Shown: one piece after another, positions 48,837 through 58,947 of the stretch
Position numbering within the stretch: position 1 is the first letter of the stretch
How the letters are laid out: each line of letters starts with the position of its first letter
Origin: an uncultured virus (IMG/VR IMGVR_UViG_3300031216_000010)
Lineage: Duplodnaviria; Heunggongvirae; Uroviricota; Caudoviricetes
Direction: 5' to 3' (one strand)
DNA length: 64,000 bases
IMG/VR virus record: IMGVR_UViG_3300031216_000010
Position numbers and translations under genes: made by a program
Notes under the pieces: model-generated
What the model was told of the DNA's origin: nothing
The model's input: the letters and a program-made list of their open reading frames with translations, nothing else
Database searches by the model: none

Positions 48837-49097
48837 ATGTCTCCCGCCCCTTCCCGACGAGTTAAGGACACCATCATGAGGGAGTACCCCGGTGTGTGGG
48901 ATGTGTCCTTTTCGGGAGATGAGTTAGGAGATGTTGTGACGATAACGGCCCAGCCGTCAGCCACACTGTGCTTGATAGCACTCAGCCGCCTGATAGCCTC
49001 GCAGTACATCCCCTCCTACTACACGATTGATGTTCGCTTCGAGTGGAAGCCGGGACGCTTCGAGCTACTGTTTGGCCCAATTACAAAGGGGGTATGA
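48837..49097 (+). CDS. Hypothetical protein
   Basis: 86-aa ORF in operon. Confidence 0.5.
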   Translation: MSPAPSRRVKDTIMREYPGVWDVSFSGDELGDVVTITAQPSATLCLIALSRLIASQYIPSYYTIDVRFEWKPGRFELLFGPITKGV

Positions 49098-49432
49098 TGC
49101 GTACATCTGAGTTTATCTATGTCTTGATGGCTTCTGTAGAGAGCCGCCGCATCCCTGTGGCGGTATACGACAACCGGAGCCGTTGCGAGAATGCAATAGA
49201 AGAAGAGCTAGAAGAAGAGCTAAAAGCATATGGGCTTCGCCTGCTGGACTGTGATCATTTCACGGTAGAGCAGTGGCAGGTTAACCAGTTCCTTTCTGGG
49301 GAATCGGTCAAGACTCTCACATCTTACGACCGGTATGGTGCCTTAGCCAAGAGGCTGGTGCCTTTAGGCCGGGAAGGGCAGACCAACCTAGATGAGCAAG
49401 GTAACCGGTTTAAGAAGCTCTTAGACACCTGA
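49094..49432 (+). CDS. Hypothetical protein
   Basis: ATGA overlap. Confidence 0.55.
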   Translation: MMRTSEFIYVLMASVESRRIPVAVYDNRSRCENAIEEELEEELKAYGLRLLDCDHFTVEQWQVNQFLSGESVKTLTSYDRYGALAKRLVPLGREGQTNLDEQGNRFKKLLDT

Positions 49433-49440
49433 GGGTCATC

Positions 49441-49773
49441 ATGAAGAGGGAACCTAGAGAGATTCTGGTCGTTCACAGTGATACCACAAGTAGGGTGGCA
49501 CGCTACGTTATGGCCTTACTGATGGGCAAGGGTCGGCCTATTTCCCGCCGAAATATCCGTTATTCCTTTGCCGCTAAGATGTACCACATGGTACTTGTGG
49601 TAGGGGTCAAAGACGTACCTCTGTCTGCCAATACGCTATTCTTCGATTACACACCTTACCGAGTTTACGATAAGGTGGCCTCCGGTGAAGGTAAGATGTC
49701 ATTGGCTGAGTACCAGCGCATGGAAGCTCACCGGATTGCTACCGAAATTCGACAAAGCGTCACTTTCTTTTGA
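49441..49773 (+). CDS. Hypothetical protein
   Basis: GAGG RBS. Confidence 0.55.
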   Translation: MKREPREILVVHSDTTSRVARYVMALLMGKGRPISRRNIRYSFAAKMYHMVLVVGVKDVPLSANTLFFDYTPYRVYDKVASGEGKMSLAEYQRMEAHRIATEIRQSVTFF

Positions 49774-49812
49774 GAGCACTCCGCCGCTAGGGTATACACC
49801 TTTGAAGACAGC

Positions 49813-51072
49813 ATGAACCCTAGCCGGAGAGAAGACATGAACTCGAAACTACACAACATTCAAAAGGGCGCTCGCCGCGCCGAAGCTGTCCGACAGGGCG
49901 CATACGATGGCCGTTTCGGTCATAGGGTCATCACAGATCCGAAAAAGGAAGCTGACCGCCTCCGGTGCCGGGAGCAAGAAATGGGCTTGGAAGAAGTTGC
50001 CGAAGCGACCATTGAACCTTCCCCGTGGCGCACCATTTCCGAAAGGACCACCCACATGAATCTCAACAAGCAGAAACAAGATAATGGGCTGTTTAGCGTT
50101 ACCGTACGGCATGAGGGCCATCAAGACATCGAAGTGCCTAACGTACTTTTCGTCTCTAAGTTCGGCTCGCACTTACACGGTACGACGACTCCCACATCTG
50201 ACGTTGACCTTAAGGGGGTCTTTATGGCGTCACTATCCGATATTGTCTTGGGGGTGGACAGCAAAACCTTCAACCTCACGACCGGCGCTGACGCTAGTAG
50301 GAATGGAGCCGACGACTTTGATGTGGAATTCATCGAGCTTCGGAAGTTCCTCAGGGATGCCATGCGGGGACAGACCTACGCAGTGGAACTTCTCCACGTC
50401 AATGGGGAAAACATGGTGTTCTCTACTGGCCTTTGGGACGACGTGTTGACGAATAAGGGGGAGCTTTTGACCTCAAACGTCAAGCCTTTCATCGGGTACT
50501 GCGTCGCTCAGGCTAAGAAATATGGGATGAAGGGAACACGCCTGCGCCACACAGAAGAAGCCCTCGACTACTTACGGTCCCTGCCGGATAAGATTACGGT
50601 AGAAGAAGCCCTTGAGGGGATGAGCTTCAATGAGCACGTGTATCTAGAAGAAAAGATGCTCAAAGGGCAAGAGGAACCTCGTACGCTACTTGAAGTGAAT
50701 AGCAAGCAGTTTGACATGGCCCTACCGCTAAAGGACGTGGTACCTGTCTTAGAGAACCTTGTGAGCAAGTATGGAGCGAGGGCGCGCCGTGCCACTGACG
50801 GAATAGATTGGAAATCAGTGTCTCACGCCTATCGCTGCATCTACGAAATCAAAGAGTTACTGACGACGGGTCAGATTCAATTCCCTCTAGCAGAGCGTGA
50901 CTTTCTACGGGCCGTGAAGCTGGGCGAAATTGAATATGACACCATCCAAGATGAATTGCCGCTGCTCATTGAAGAGATAGATGGGTTGGAGAGTGAGTTA
51001 CCCTCCAACCCGAACCGGAAGTTCTGGGATGAGTGGATGCTTACCACGTACCGGGAAATGGGCAGCTTCTAG
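49813..51072 (+). CDS. Pol-beta-superfamily nucleotidyltransferase (RlaP-like); catalytic part probably starts at ATG 50056
   Basis: GSHLHGTTTPTSDVDLKG motif; DWK..SHAYR; AAGGA RBS before 50056. Confidence 0.8.
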   Translation: MNPSRREDMNSKLHNIQKGARRAEAVRQGAYDGRFGHRVITDPKKEADRLRCREQEMGLEEVAEATIEPSPWRTISERTTHMNLNKQKQDNGLFSVTVRHEGHQDIEVPNVLFVSKFGSHLHGTTTPTSDVDLKGVFMASLSDIVLGVDSKTFNLTTGADASRNGADDFDVEFIELRKFLRDAMRGQTYAVELLHVNGENMVFSTGLWDDVLTNKGELLTSNVKPFIGYCVAQAKKYGMKGTRLRHTEEALDYLRSLPDKITVEEALEGMSFNEHVYLEEKMLKGQEEPRTLLEVNSKQFDMALPLKDVVPVLENLVSKYGARARRATDGIDWKSVSHAYRCIYEIKELLTTGQIQFPLAERDFLRAVKLGEIEYDTIQDELPLLIEEIDGLESELPSNPNRKFWDEWMLTTYREMGSF

Positions 51073-51698
51073 CTCGTGCCCGTAGAGCCGAAACCCCCAC
51101 GGGCGTCTAGGTCAAAGTCTTCAATTGCAGCCTCTAACAGATCAGGGCGTGCGTAGGGGATGAAGAGAATCTGTACGAACCGAGTGCCCGCCTCGAAACA
51201 AAGCGTGTCAGAAGGCTTCTCAGAGAACGTGAAAATGTCGTAGGTGTGATCTGCTACCTCGACAATATCCGTCTCGCCCGGTGTCATCGCAATACCAAAT
51301 CGCTTGTTGGCTTGAGCCAATATCGTGGAGTTCGTCGGACTTGGCTTCCACTCTACCGTTCCGACGTACTCTTTCTTGCGGTCTTCCCGCTCCAACATGA
51401 CTTTGATAACGTCATCTTGGCCTTGATAGGAAGGGTCGATGATGCCAAGAGTGTTTGCAATCCGAACTGACTTGCCCCGCTTCGTCCCTGTGCTGGAACG
51501 GGGGACCATCAATAAGAAGAGCTTGATTGGGGTTTGAACGATGACGCCTGTATCCACCATGCGCCTACTGTTGTAAGGCATGTGAATGTCATGGCCATCT
51601 GGGACATACAGGTCATATCCCGCAGAGCCGGGTTCGGCCTGCTTGGGAGTAAGACCAAATTTGCCGTGAACTTTTACCTCGAAACCTTCTAGGTCCAT
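51069..51698 (-). CDS. dut: dUTPase (trimeric type) with insertion
   Basis: SAGYDL, PRSS, GIIDPSYQG, RFVQ and RGGFGSTG motifs. Confidence 0.9.
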   Translation of the reverse strand: MDLEGFEVKVHGKFGLTPKQAEPGSAGYDLYVPDGHDIHMPYNSRRMVDTGVIVQTPIKLFLLMVPRSSTGTKRGKSVRIANTLGIIDPSYQGQDDVIKVMLEREDRKKEYVGTVEWKPSPTNSTILAQANKRFGIAMTPGETDIVEVADHTYDIFTFSEKPSDTLCFEAGTRFVQILFIPYARPDLLEAAIEDFDLDARGGFGSTGTS

Positions 51699-51757
51699 CT
51701 CTACCTCTCATTGATTGGGCGAACACTGTAGTATGTCCGAGGCAATCACACAAGACG

Positions 51758-52183
51758 CTACCCCAAAAGTTTAACCAAGGCTTCAAAGCACTCTTTTGGC
51801 ATACTTTTAAGGTAGGACTTAAGGACCGCCCTGTCTTGTCCTACGAAAATTGTAGTCAACAGACCTACCTCATTGTCGGAAAGACCGTCTACAAAAGCTC
51901 CCACAGGGTTCTCCACCTCGCTGCTGCTATAGGGAAGCTCGTCGACGTAAGACTGAGCCGTTTCTAAAAGCTCTTCCACATCAGACTCCGACACGTCTTC
52001 CGCACCAAGCTCCTGCCAGAATTCCAATACCTCACTATCCGGCTTGTCGATTCGGGCCGTCATGTACCCATCCAAAAGATCGCAGGCGTGTGGGTAACTC
52101 ATTGAGGGAGGAACCGTGACATTCACGATATCGCAAAAAAGGGTTCGACCACCGGAATTGGCAGTCGAACCCTGTGAGTTCAT
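51758..52183 (-). CDS. Hypothetical protein
   Basis: Coupled to the sigma factor gene. Confidence 0.6.
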   Translation of the reverse strand: MNSQGSTANSGGRTLFCDIVNVTVPPSMSYPHACDLLDGYMTARIDKPDSEVLEFWQELGAEDVSESDVEELLETAQSYVDELPYSSSEVENPVGAFVDGLSDNEVGLLTTIFVGQDRAVLKSYLKSMPKECFEALVKLLG

Positions 52184-52749
52184 GCGGCTACTTCTTTGTT
52201 CCAGACCTCTTCAAGCTTCATCTCACGGATGAACTCTACGAGGAATTCGCGGTCGTAGTTCTTGAGTAAGAACTTCCGGGAGTTTCTGCGTGCCCGGAAG
52301 AGGCGGGACATGACAGTACCTACAGGCACATCGAGTATTTCAGCCGCCTCTTTGTACGACTTGTCTTTAAGGTCGCACAGTACGAGCGTATCGAAGAAAG
52401 GCTTTGCCAGCGCATCTTCAAGGGCAACCAGTAAGGCTTCAAACACGCTCTGGCTGATTATCGTCTCATCCGTGAACACCTCATCTTGGCTCTGGAGGAA
52501 GTGCTTCTCACTTTCCAGAATCTCACTTTTCCGCTTGTTCCTGCGGTAGGTGTTGATGAAGGTGTTGTGCATGATGGTGTACAGCCATGCCCGAAGATTC
52601 GTGCCGGGCTTGAACTGGTGCTTATACCTCAATGCACGGACATACGTGTTCTGCAACAGATCAAGGGCGTCTGCTTCGTTCTTGCAGTACTTCAATGCCT
52701 TTGTGTACAACCCCTTAGAGTAGACAGTTAGCTCTTTCTCAAATTCCAT
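52180..52749 (-). CDS. ECF-family RNA polymerase sigma factor
   Basis: DLLQNTY...GTNLRAWLYTIMHN (region 2); SYKEAAEILDVPVGTVMSRLFRAR (region 4). Confidence 0.9.
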   Translation of the reverse strand: MEFEKELTVYSKGLYTKALKYCKNEADALDLLQNTYVRALRYKHQFKPGTNLRAWLYTIMHNTFINTYRRNKRKSEILESEKHFLQSQDEVFTDETIISQSVFEALLVALEDALAKPFFDTLVLCDLKDKSYKEAAEILDVPVGTVMSRLFRARRNSRKFLLKNYDREFLVEFIREMKLEEVWNKEVAA

Positions 52750-52777
52750 TTCGACCACCTGTAGGTTCGATGCGACG

Positions 52778-53317
52778 ATGAAAATTCACGACCTGATTGA
52801 TACGCCTAACCCCGATGCCCGCAGGTTTGTTCTCGACGCAAATGTGGTACCTGTCTTCGCAAACGTTAGTGCTCGTAAAGGTACCACACCAGACCATGCG
52901 CTGGCAAAGGACTTACTCGACATCGACGGAGTGGTGGAAATATTCCTCCAAGGCAGTTGGGTGACCATCACCCGTGAACCTAACGTGCCGTGGGACACGC
53001 TCTCACGTCGGGTTGCCGTAACCCTTCGTCAGTACCAACCTCAAAATGAGGCTGGATTTGAGCGGGGTACAGACGGCCTCCCTGACGAAGATCCCCGGTC
53101 AGACCGGATTCGGCAGGTGATACAACAGGCTGTCGCGCCCTACTTAAACAGTCACGGGGGGTCGCTCCGACTGGTCGCTCTAGAGGGCAGTACCCTGTTC
53201 GTGCAATACCAAGGGGCTTGCTCGGGATGCCCAGCTTCAATGACAGGTACCCTAATGGGGGTTGAAAGCCTGTTACAGAAAGAGGTTGACCCGGCGTTAA
53301 CCGTGACAGCAATCTAA
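52778..53317 (+). CDS. NfuA/NifU-like Fe-S cluster carrier
   Basis: TPNP N-domain; PYLNSHGG and GACSGCPAS. Confidence 0.9.
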   Translation: MKIHDLIDTPNPDARRFVLDANVVPVFANVSARKGTTPDHALAKDLLDIDGVVEIFLQGSWVTITREPNVPWDTLSRRVAVTLRQYQPQNEAGFERGTDGLPDEDPRSDRIRQVIQQAVAPYLNSHGGSLRLVALEGSTLFVQYQGACSGCPASMTGTLMGVESLLQKEVDPALTVTAI

Positions 53318-53696
53318 TTTTAGGTGGAAACCCGGAGCTTGCGCCTCCGGTGACTTCCACCGGGAGCGTTACTCAAGGTTAGAAGGAAGTCAGCAGAGAC
53401 GTGTGGCGGAAATGGTCGCCGGTACTGCGAGTTCGATATTTTGGCCTTTTGAGCCGCCGTTCGAGCGAAGGCCACACATATCGAGACCCGAATCCAAAGC
53501 ATACCCGTACGCAACCACAAACGATGTACTCGTCAGGGGCCAACTGGTATGGTTTTGGGTGTGTCTTAACAAGGGTCCATCTCCGTGTGTCTTCGCACGA
53601 GGTTCTAATTGTGAGACAATATAAACGAATCACCGGATAAAACAAGTCCCTTGCTAATTTTCTTGAGGATGTGCTAGTCTTCGGGGCAGAACTACA

Positions 53697-55631
53697 GTGG
53701 AGAATTGCGTGGCTTACGAAGCAGAATCAATCAAGGTGTTGGAGAATCGAGATGCTGTCCGGCAGCGCCCCGGCATGTATATCGGGGGTACAGGCAAAGC
53801 GGGATACCACCACTTGATCTGGGAGGTTGTGGACAACTCAGTTGACGAGGCCATGAACGGACACGCTTCTGTTATTGATGTGACGCTAGCCGAGGATGGG
53901 AAGACTATCACCGTCACCGATAATGGGCGTGGCATTCCTACGGCGAAGCATCCTGAGAAGAAAGTCAGTACGGTACAGGTGGTTTTTACAGTGCTTCACG
54001 CCGGGGGCAAATTCACACCGGGGTCTTATGGGGCTTCGGGAGGGTTGCACGGCGTCGGTGCCAGCGTCGTCAACTTCCTTAGCTCTCGCCTCTATGTCAA
54101 AGTATGGAGGGCTGGGGAGGTGCACGAGCAAGAGTACTCACAGGGTACCCCGAATTCTAAGCTCAAAAAAACAGGCTCTTGTTCTAGTAGGAAGACGGGT
54201 ACCGAAGTGACTTTCACACCGGACCCCGAGATATTTGGGAACCAGTCTTTTGACACCGACATGATCGCGGAGCGGTTGGAGATCAAGACGTACCTCAATA
54301 AGGGGCTTCGTATTCGGTTTAAGGATGAACAGGCCGGGACCGAGGTCACCTATCAGCATGATGGCGGCGTGGCAGAGTTTCTAGGAGATGTGGTCAAGAT
54401 TGCGAAGGTACCTCCTATCCACCTCGAACCCATCGTTATGGAGCAAGAGTCTAAAGGCGTGCGGCTCGATATTGCTTTCCAGTGGACTGAGGACACCAAA
54501 GAGGATACCCGCTCTTTCGTGAACACGATACCTACTAAGAGTGGGGGTACACACGAGAATGGGTTCCGAAGTGGTCTTATGAAAGCCCTACGGACCTATT
54601 TCGAGGTGAATGGCTCTATTCCCAAGAGCCTTGACGTTGGTGCGGAGGATATACGGGAAGGCTTAAAGGCGGCAGTATCCATCTTCTTTGAAGGGGACAT
54701 GGAGATTGAGGGGCAGACTAAGGAGCGGCTGAATAACACTGAGATTCAGCCTATCGTCACAACGGCGGTCAAGAATTTCCTCGAACACTACCTGCTCAAC
54801 AATAGTTCGGTTGCCGAAGCCATTACAAACCGAATCATTCAAGCTGCTAAGGCACGGGCCGCTAGCCGCTCTGCTTCTCAGCATGTTCGCCGCAAGAAGC
54901 CTATCTCCAAGAAGCTCACTCTCCCCGGCAAGCTGGCCGACTGTACGTCCACCGATGCTGCTGAGTGTGAACTGTTTATTGTGGAGGGGGACTCGGCTGG
55001 GGGCAATGCTAAACAGGGGCGTGATCGGCGCACGCAAGCTATTCTCCCCTTGCGCGGTAAGGTCTTGAACACCGAGTCTGCACCCCTCAAGAGCGTCCTG
55101 AAAAACAAGGAAATCGGGGACATCGTAGAAGCACTTGGCTGTGGGATGGACGATAAGTACGACGGGTCCAAGTTGCGTTACCACAAAATTATCTTGCTGA
55201 TGGATGCGGACAGTGATGGTCACCACATTACGACCCTGATGCTCACGTTCTTCTATCGCTACATGCCTCAGTTGATTCTCGACGGGCACCTCTACATCGC
55301 TCAACCACCATTGTACCGCATAATCTCAGGCTCTGAGGTACATTGGGCTATTGACGACGGGGAGAAAGACGCCGTGCTAGCACAGCTAGGCATGAGAAAA
55401 GCTGCGAAGGCGGACATCTCACGGTTCAAGGGCCTCGGGGAGATGATGAAAGACACGTTACGGGACACCACTCTTGATCCTGCTACCCGAGTCTTGTTAC
55501 CTGTAGAGGTACCGGCATCTTTGGCGGACGAGACGGACGAAACCATTACGTCTCTGTTAGGCCGTAATGCGAGTGCCCGGTACGACTTTATTATCGCAAA
55601 TCTGGAATCTGTGGAAGAGTTGGACATTTGA
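53697..55631 (+). CDS. Type IIA topoisomerase B subunit (GyrB/ParE)
   Basis: RPGMYIG, EVVDNSVDE, GGLHGVGASVVN, EGDSA, PLRGK, DADSDG and RFKGLGEM. Confidence 0.95.
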   Translation: MENCVAYEAESIKVLENRDAVRQRPGMYIGGTGKAGYHHLIWEVVDNSVDEAMNGHASVIDVTLAEDGKTITVTDNGRGIPTAKHPEKKVSTVQVVFTVLHAGGKFTPGSYGASGGLHGVGASVVNFLSSRLYVKVWRAGEVHEQEYSQGTPNSKLKKTGSCSSRKTGTEVTFTPDPEIFGNQSFDTDMIAERLEIKTYLNKGLRIRFKDEQAGTEVTYQHDGGVAEFLGDVVKIAKVPPIHLEPIVMEQESKGVRLDIAFQWTEDTKEDTRSFVNTIPTKSGGTHENGFRSGLMKALRTYFEVNGSIPKSLDVGAEDIREGLKAAVSIFFEGDMEIEGQTKERLNNTEIQPIVTTAVKNFLEHYLLNNSSVAEAITNRIIQAAKARAASRSASQHVRRKKPISKKLTLPGKLADCTSTDAAECELFIVEGDSAGGNAKQGRDRRTQAILPLRGKVLNTESAPLKSVLKNKEIGDIVEALGCGMDDKYDGSKLRYHKIILLMDADSDGHHITTLMLTFFYRYMPQLILDGHLYIAQPPLYRIISGSEVHWAIDDGEKDAVLAQLGMRKAAKADISRFKGLGEMMKDTLRDTTLDPATRVLLPVEVPASLADETDETITSLLGRNASARYDFIIANLESVEELDI

Positions 55632-55987
55632 CTAAAATGCCCACCTTGACTACGCATTCAAGCGTGGTCGTTTAGTCAACGGGAGTGGTCATGTTGCGGA
55701 ATTTCTGTGATGCGCAAGCCCTATTCTTAGAGGATACTAACCCTCAGGTTTCGGCAACCTATCATGCTCTCGCCAACGCGATGGAAAAAATCGAAGCGGC
55801 TTCTCTGCGCTACTTCCTCCAGCCTAATGAGTGAGGGTTGACCTACTTCCTAAAGAGGAGTACGATGGCCCGTGGTCCACAAGAACGGCCCCGAATTAGA
55901 ACACCTTTACGGCTTGCAAAATAGGACAGTGTATCATACGCTCCCTGTGCGAGTCATTCTACAAAGGCACCTTCAGGATAGTAAAAT

Positions 55988-58333
55988 ATGGCAACCAAGG
56001 AATACCCGGTTCTCCCCCTTCGGAACACCGTTCTCTTCCCCACGACAGTGGTCCCTATCAACATTGGCAGACCCAAGAGCGTCGCCCTACTGGAAGCTGT
56101 GGTCGAAGCGGATAAGATGCCCTTCGTGCTTATCTCCCAGAGGCAACTTGACACCATTGAACCCGGCATTGAAGACCTATACGATGTCGGCACGGTGGCC
56201 GAAGTCAAGAAGGTCATGACGCAGGGAGACGCTTATACCGCCATTGTTCAAGGCCAGCAGCGGGTACGAATGCTCTCTATGTCCTTTGATGAGGATAAAG
56301 GCTACTTCGTAGGTACCTTTGAGCCAGTTGAAGAGATCCGCTCTCATGACGAGGAAGAGGACGCCCTCATTCAGACCCTCAAAGAAACGGCGATTGAGGT
56401 TATCGAGAACAGCAAAGAGATACCCTCTGAGTCTGTTCAGATGGTCCAATCTAAGATGGACCCTTCGGAGATTACAGATTTCATCATCTCTTCTACCGAG
56501 TTGGATGTACCCTCCAAGCAAGAGTTCTTGTCGGAGTCGGACATTAATGTCCGACTTGAGAAGTGTATCGCTGTGATGTCTCAGCAAATTCAAGCCTCTA
56601 GGGTACAAGCAGAGGTCCAGCAACAGGTACGGGCCGAAGCGGATAAGACGCAGAAAGAATACTATCTGCGCCAGCAACTCAAAGCTATCAAAGAGCAGTT
56701 GGGAACCTACGATGATGAGGTTGAAGAGTTGGAGGTCCGCATTGCGGAAGCGGGTATGCCGGTGGAGGCTTACGAAGCTGCAATGAAGCAGTTCAACCGA
56801 CTGGCAGGTATGCAGCCAAGCTCTTCGGAGTACAGCGTCATCCTCAATTACCTTGAAACACTCATTGACGTGCCGTGGAAGACCCGCTCCGAGGACAACC
56901 TGAATCTCGAACGGGCGCAAGAAATCCTTGATGATGACCATTACGGCCTCGATAAGGTCAAGAAACGTATCATCGAATACCTTGCCGTCCGTGGCCTCAA
57001 AGATGACATGAAGGGGCCTATCCTGTGTCTTCACGGACCTCCGGGAGTTGGCAAAACCTCACTTGGCCGCTCGATTGCCCGAACACTTGGCCGAAAGTTT
57101 CAACGTATCTCTCTGGGTGGCGTCCATGACGAGTCTGAGATTCGCGGTCACCGTCGCACCTATGTCGGTGCCTTGCCGGGTCGCTTGGTCCAAGCCCTGA
57201 CCAAAGCAGGCACGAACAATCCGGTCATTCTTCTCGATGAGATTGATAAGGTCAGCCGAGACTTTAGAGGCGACCCAAGTGCGGCTCTCCTAGAGGTTCT
57301 GGACCCAGAGCAGAATCATGCGTTCAATGACCACTATCTTGAAGTGGACCTTGACTTGTCGAAGGTGCTTTTCATTGCGACGGCGAATCAACTTGACACG
57401 GTTTCGCCGCCCCTCCGTGACCGGATGGAAATCATCGACGTGCCGAGCTATACGCTCTACGAGAAGCAGCAAATTGCCCAGAAGTATTTGGTACCTAAGC
57501 AAGTCGAAGCACACGGTATTTCGGACAGCAACGTCGAGTTCCCTGTCGAATCAGTCAAGTACGTCATTGACAAGTATACCCGTGAGGCGGGCGTTCGTAA
57601 CCTAGAGCGCCGGATGGCCGACCTGTGCCGTAACGTAGCGGTAGAGGTTGCCAAGACGGACCCTGAGGATAGAGCCGACATTCACGTGGTGGTTGATGAA
57701 CCGTTCGTACAAGATGCCCTTGGACCAGAGCGGTACATCTCAGAAATGGCTCAGAGGGTGAATATGGTAGGGGTCGCAACGGGCCTTGCTTGGACTCAGG
57801 CCGGGGGAGACATTCTCTTCATTGAGGCGCAACAGATGCCGGGCAAGGGCGAACTCAAGCTGACAGGCCAGCTTGGAGACGTCATGAAAGAGTCTGTCCA
57901 CGCCGCTCTGTCTTACATCCGTGCACACTCCAAGCAGCTTAAAGTCGATGCTGATTTGGGGGAGCGGAAACAAGACCTCCATATTCATGTCCCAGCGGGC
58001 GCTATCCCCAAGGATGGACCTTCGGCAGGCATTACGATGTTCACAGCACTGCTTAGTCGTCTAAGCGACAGGAAGGTCCGTAAGGACGTTGCCATGACCG
58101 GGGAAATCACTCTCAGCGGTAATGTCCTCCCTGTAGGAGGCATCAAAGAGAAGGTCATCGCGGCACACCGTGCGGGGATTAAGACCATCATCATGCCTGC
58201 CATCTGTGAGAAGGATCTTGTGGACGTTGAATCCGACGTACGCAATGACCTATCCTTCCACTTTGTTGACGATGTAGAGGAACTGTTGCCTCTGGTATTT
58301 GAGTCGGAAGCGGAAGAGGAACCGGTTGGTTGA
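55988..58333 (+). CDS. lon: ATP-dependent Lon protease
   Basis: [34 protein letters not shown] and GGIKEK. Confidence 0.97.
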   Translation: MATKEYPVLPLRNTVLFPTTVVPINIGRPKSVALLEAVVEADKMPFVLISQRQLDTIEPGIEDLYDVGTVAEVKKVMTQGDAYTAIVQGQQRVRMLSMSFDEDKGYFVGTFEPVEEIRSHDEEEDALIQTLKETAIEVIENSKEIPSESVQMVQSKMDPSEITDFIISSTELDVPSKQEFLSESDINVRLEKCIAVMSQQIQASRVQAEVQQQVRAEADKTQKEYYLRQQLKAIKEQLGTYDDEVEELEVRIAEAGMPVEAYEAAMKQFNRLAGMQPSSSEYSVILNYLETLIDVPWKTRSEDNLNLERAQEILDDDHYGLDKVKKRIIEYLAVRGLKDDMKGPILCLHGPPGVGKTSLGRSIARTLGRKFQRISLGGVHDESEIRGHRRTYVGALPGRLVQALTKAGTNNPVILLDEIDKVSRDFRGDPSAALLEVLDPEQNHAFNDHYLEVDLDLSKVLFIATANQLDTVSPPLRDRMEIIDVPSYTLYEKQQIAQKYLVPKQVEAHGISDSNVEFPVESVKYVIDKYTREAGVRNLERRMADLCRNVAVEVAKTDPEDRADIHVVVDEPFVQDALGPERYISEMAQRVNMVGVATGLAWTQAGGDILFIEAQQMPGKGELKLTGQLGDVMKESVHAALSYIRAHSKQLKVDADLGERKQDLHIHVPAGAIPKDGPSAGITMFTALLSRLSDRKVRKDVAMTGEITLSGNVLPVGGIKEKVIAAHRAGIKTIIMPAICEKDLVDVESDVRNDLSFHFVDDVEELLPLVFESEAEEEPVG

Positions 58334-58334
58334 G

Positions 58335-58604
58335 ATGATGGTCATATGCCCCTCATGCTCCGGGGAGAAGGTGGATTTTACGACCTTCGTAACCGACGGG
58401 TGTGAGGAATGTGAAGGAACAGGTGAGCTTAATGGAGCCTGCTTGGACTGTGGTGGGGCAGGGTGTGGAACCTGCGCCGGAACAGGCGAACTTCACGGTC
58501 TCCCATGTCCTGTATGTGACGGCATGGGAGACATTGAGCATCACCCTAAATGTTTGGAATGCAGAGGCACTGGATGGCGACCAAACCCGCTCTTCGGGAG
58601 CTAA
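58335..58604 (+). CDS. DnaJ-type zinc-finger (CxxCxGxG repeat) protein
   Basis: Six CxxCxG repeats; no J domain. Confidence 0.7.
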   Translation: MMVICPSCSGEKVDFTTFVTDGCEECEGTGELNGACLDCGGAGCGTCAGTGELHGLPCPVCDGMGDIEHHPKCLECRGTGWRPNPLFGS

Positions 58605-58646
58605 AGTTAGGAACAAAACGATGCTCGCAATAGTTTGAACACACAT

Positions 58647-58719
58647 GCACCCGTAGCTCAGTGGACAGAGCAGGAGCCTTCTAAGCTCTTGGCCGCAGGT
58701 TCAAATCCTGCCGGGTGTG
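58647..58719 (+). tRNA. tRNA-Arg(UCU)
   Basis: Cloverleaf; anticodon loop CTTCTAA; GGTTCAAATCC; no encoded CCA. Confidence 0.92.
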
Positions 58720-58740
58720 CTAGACAACTGCGGAGGATAA

Positions 58741-58947
58741 GTGGACGAAAAACTGAAATGTCCTAAATGCGATGGCGAGTTAACGCGCCCCTACCGTCAT
58801 CCTTTTTCCAGCTTTTTTGCTGGCGCAGTTTATTGTGCCTCCTGCGAATTCTCCGAAGGTCTCATCCCCTTCTTAGGGAAGAGCCTTTTTCCGGTAGAAC
58901 CTATACCTGAACCTTATCTCGGATTCGGAGAGGAGTCAGATGAGTGA
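58741..58947 (+). CDS. Small zinc-finger protein
   Basis: GGAGG RBS; CPKC...CASC. Confidence 0.6.
   Translation: MDEKLKCPKCDGELTRPYRHPFSSFFAGAVYCASCEFSEGLIPFLGKSLFPVEPIPEPYLGFGEESDE

Noticed and set aside
53323..53650. tmRNA on the minus strand (ends in TCCACC)
   Set aside because: No canonical T-loop, poor acceptor pairing with any 5' end and no tag peptide ending in hydrophobic-Ala-Ala.
55635..55835. Small gene between the topoisomerase gene and lon
   Set aside because: Only fragmented frames are present; no product can be supported.
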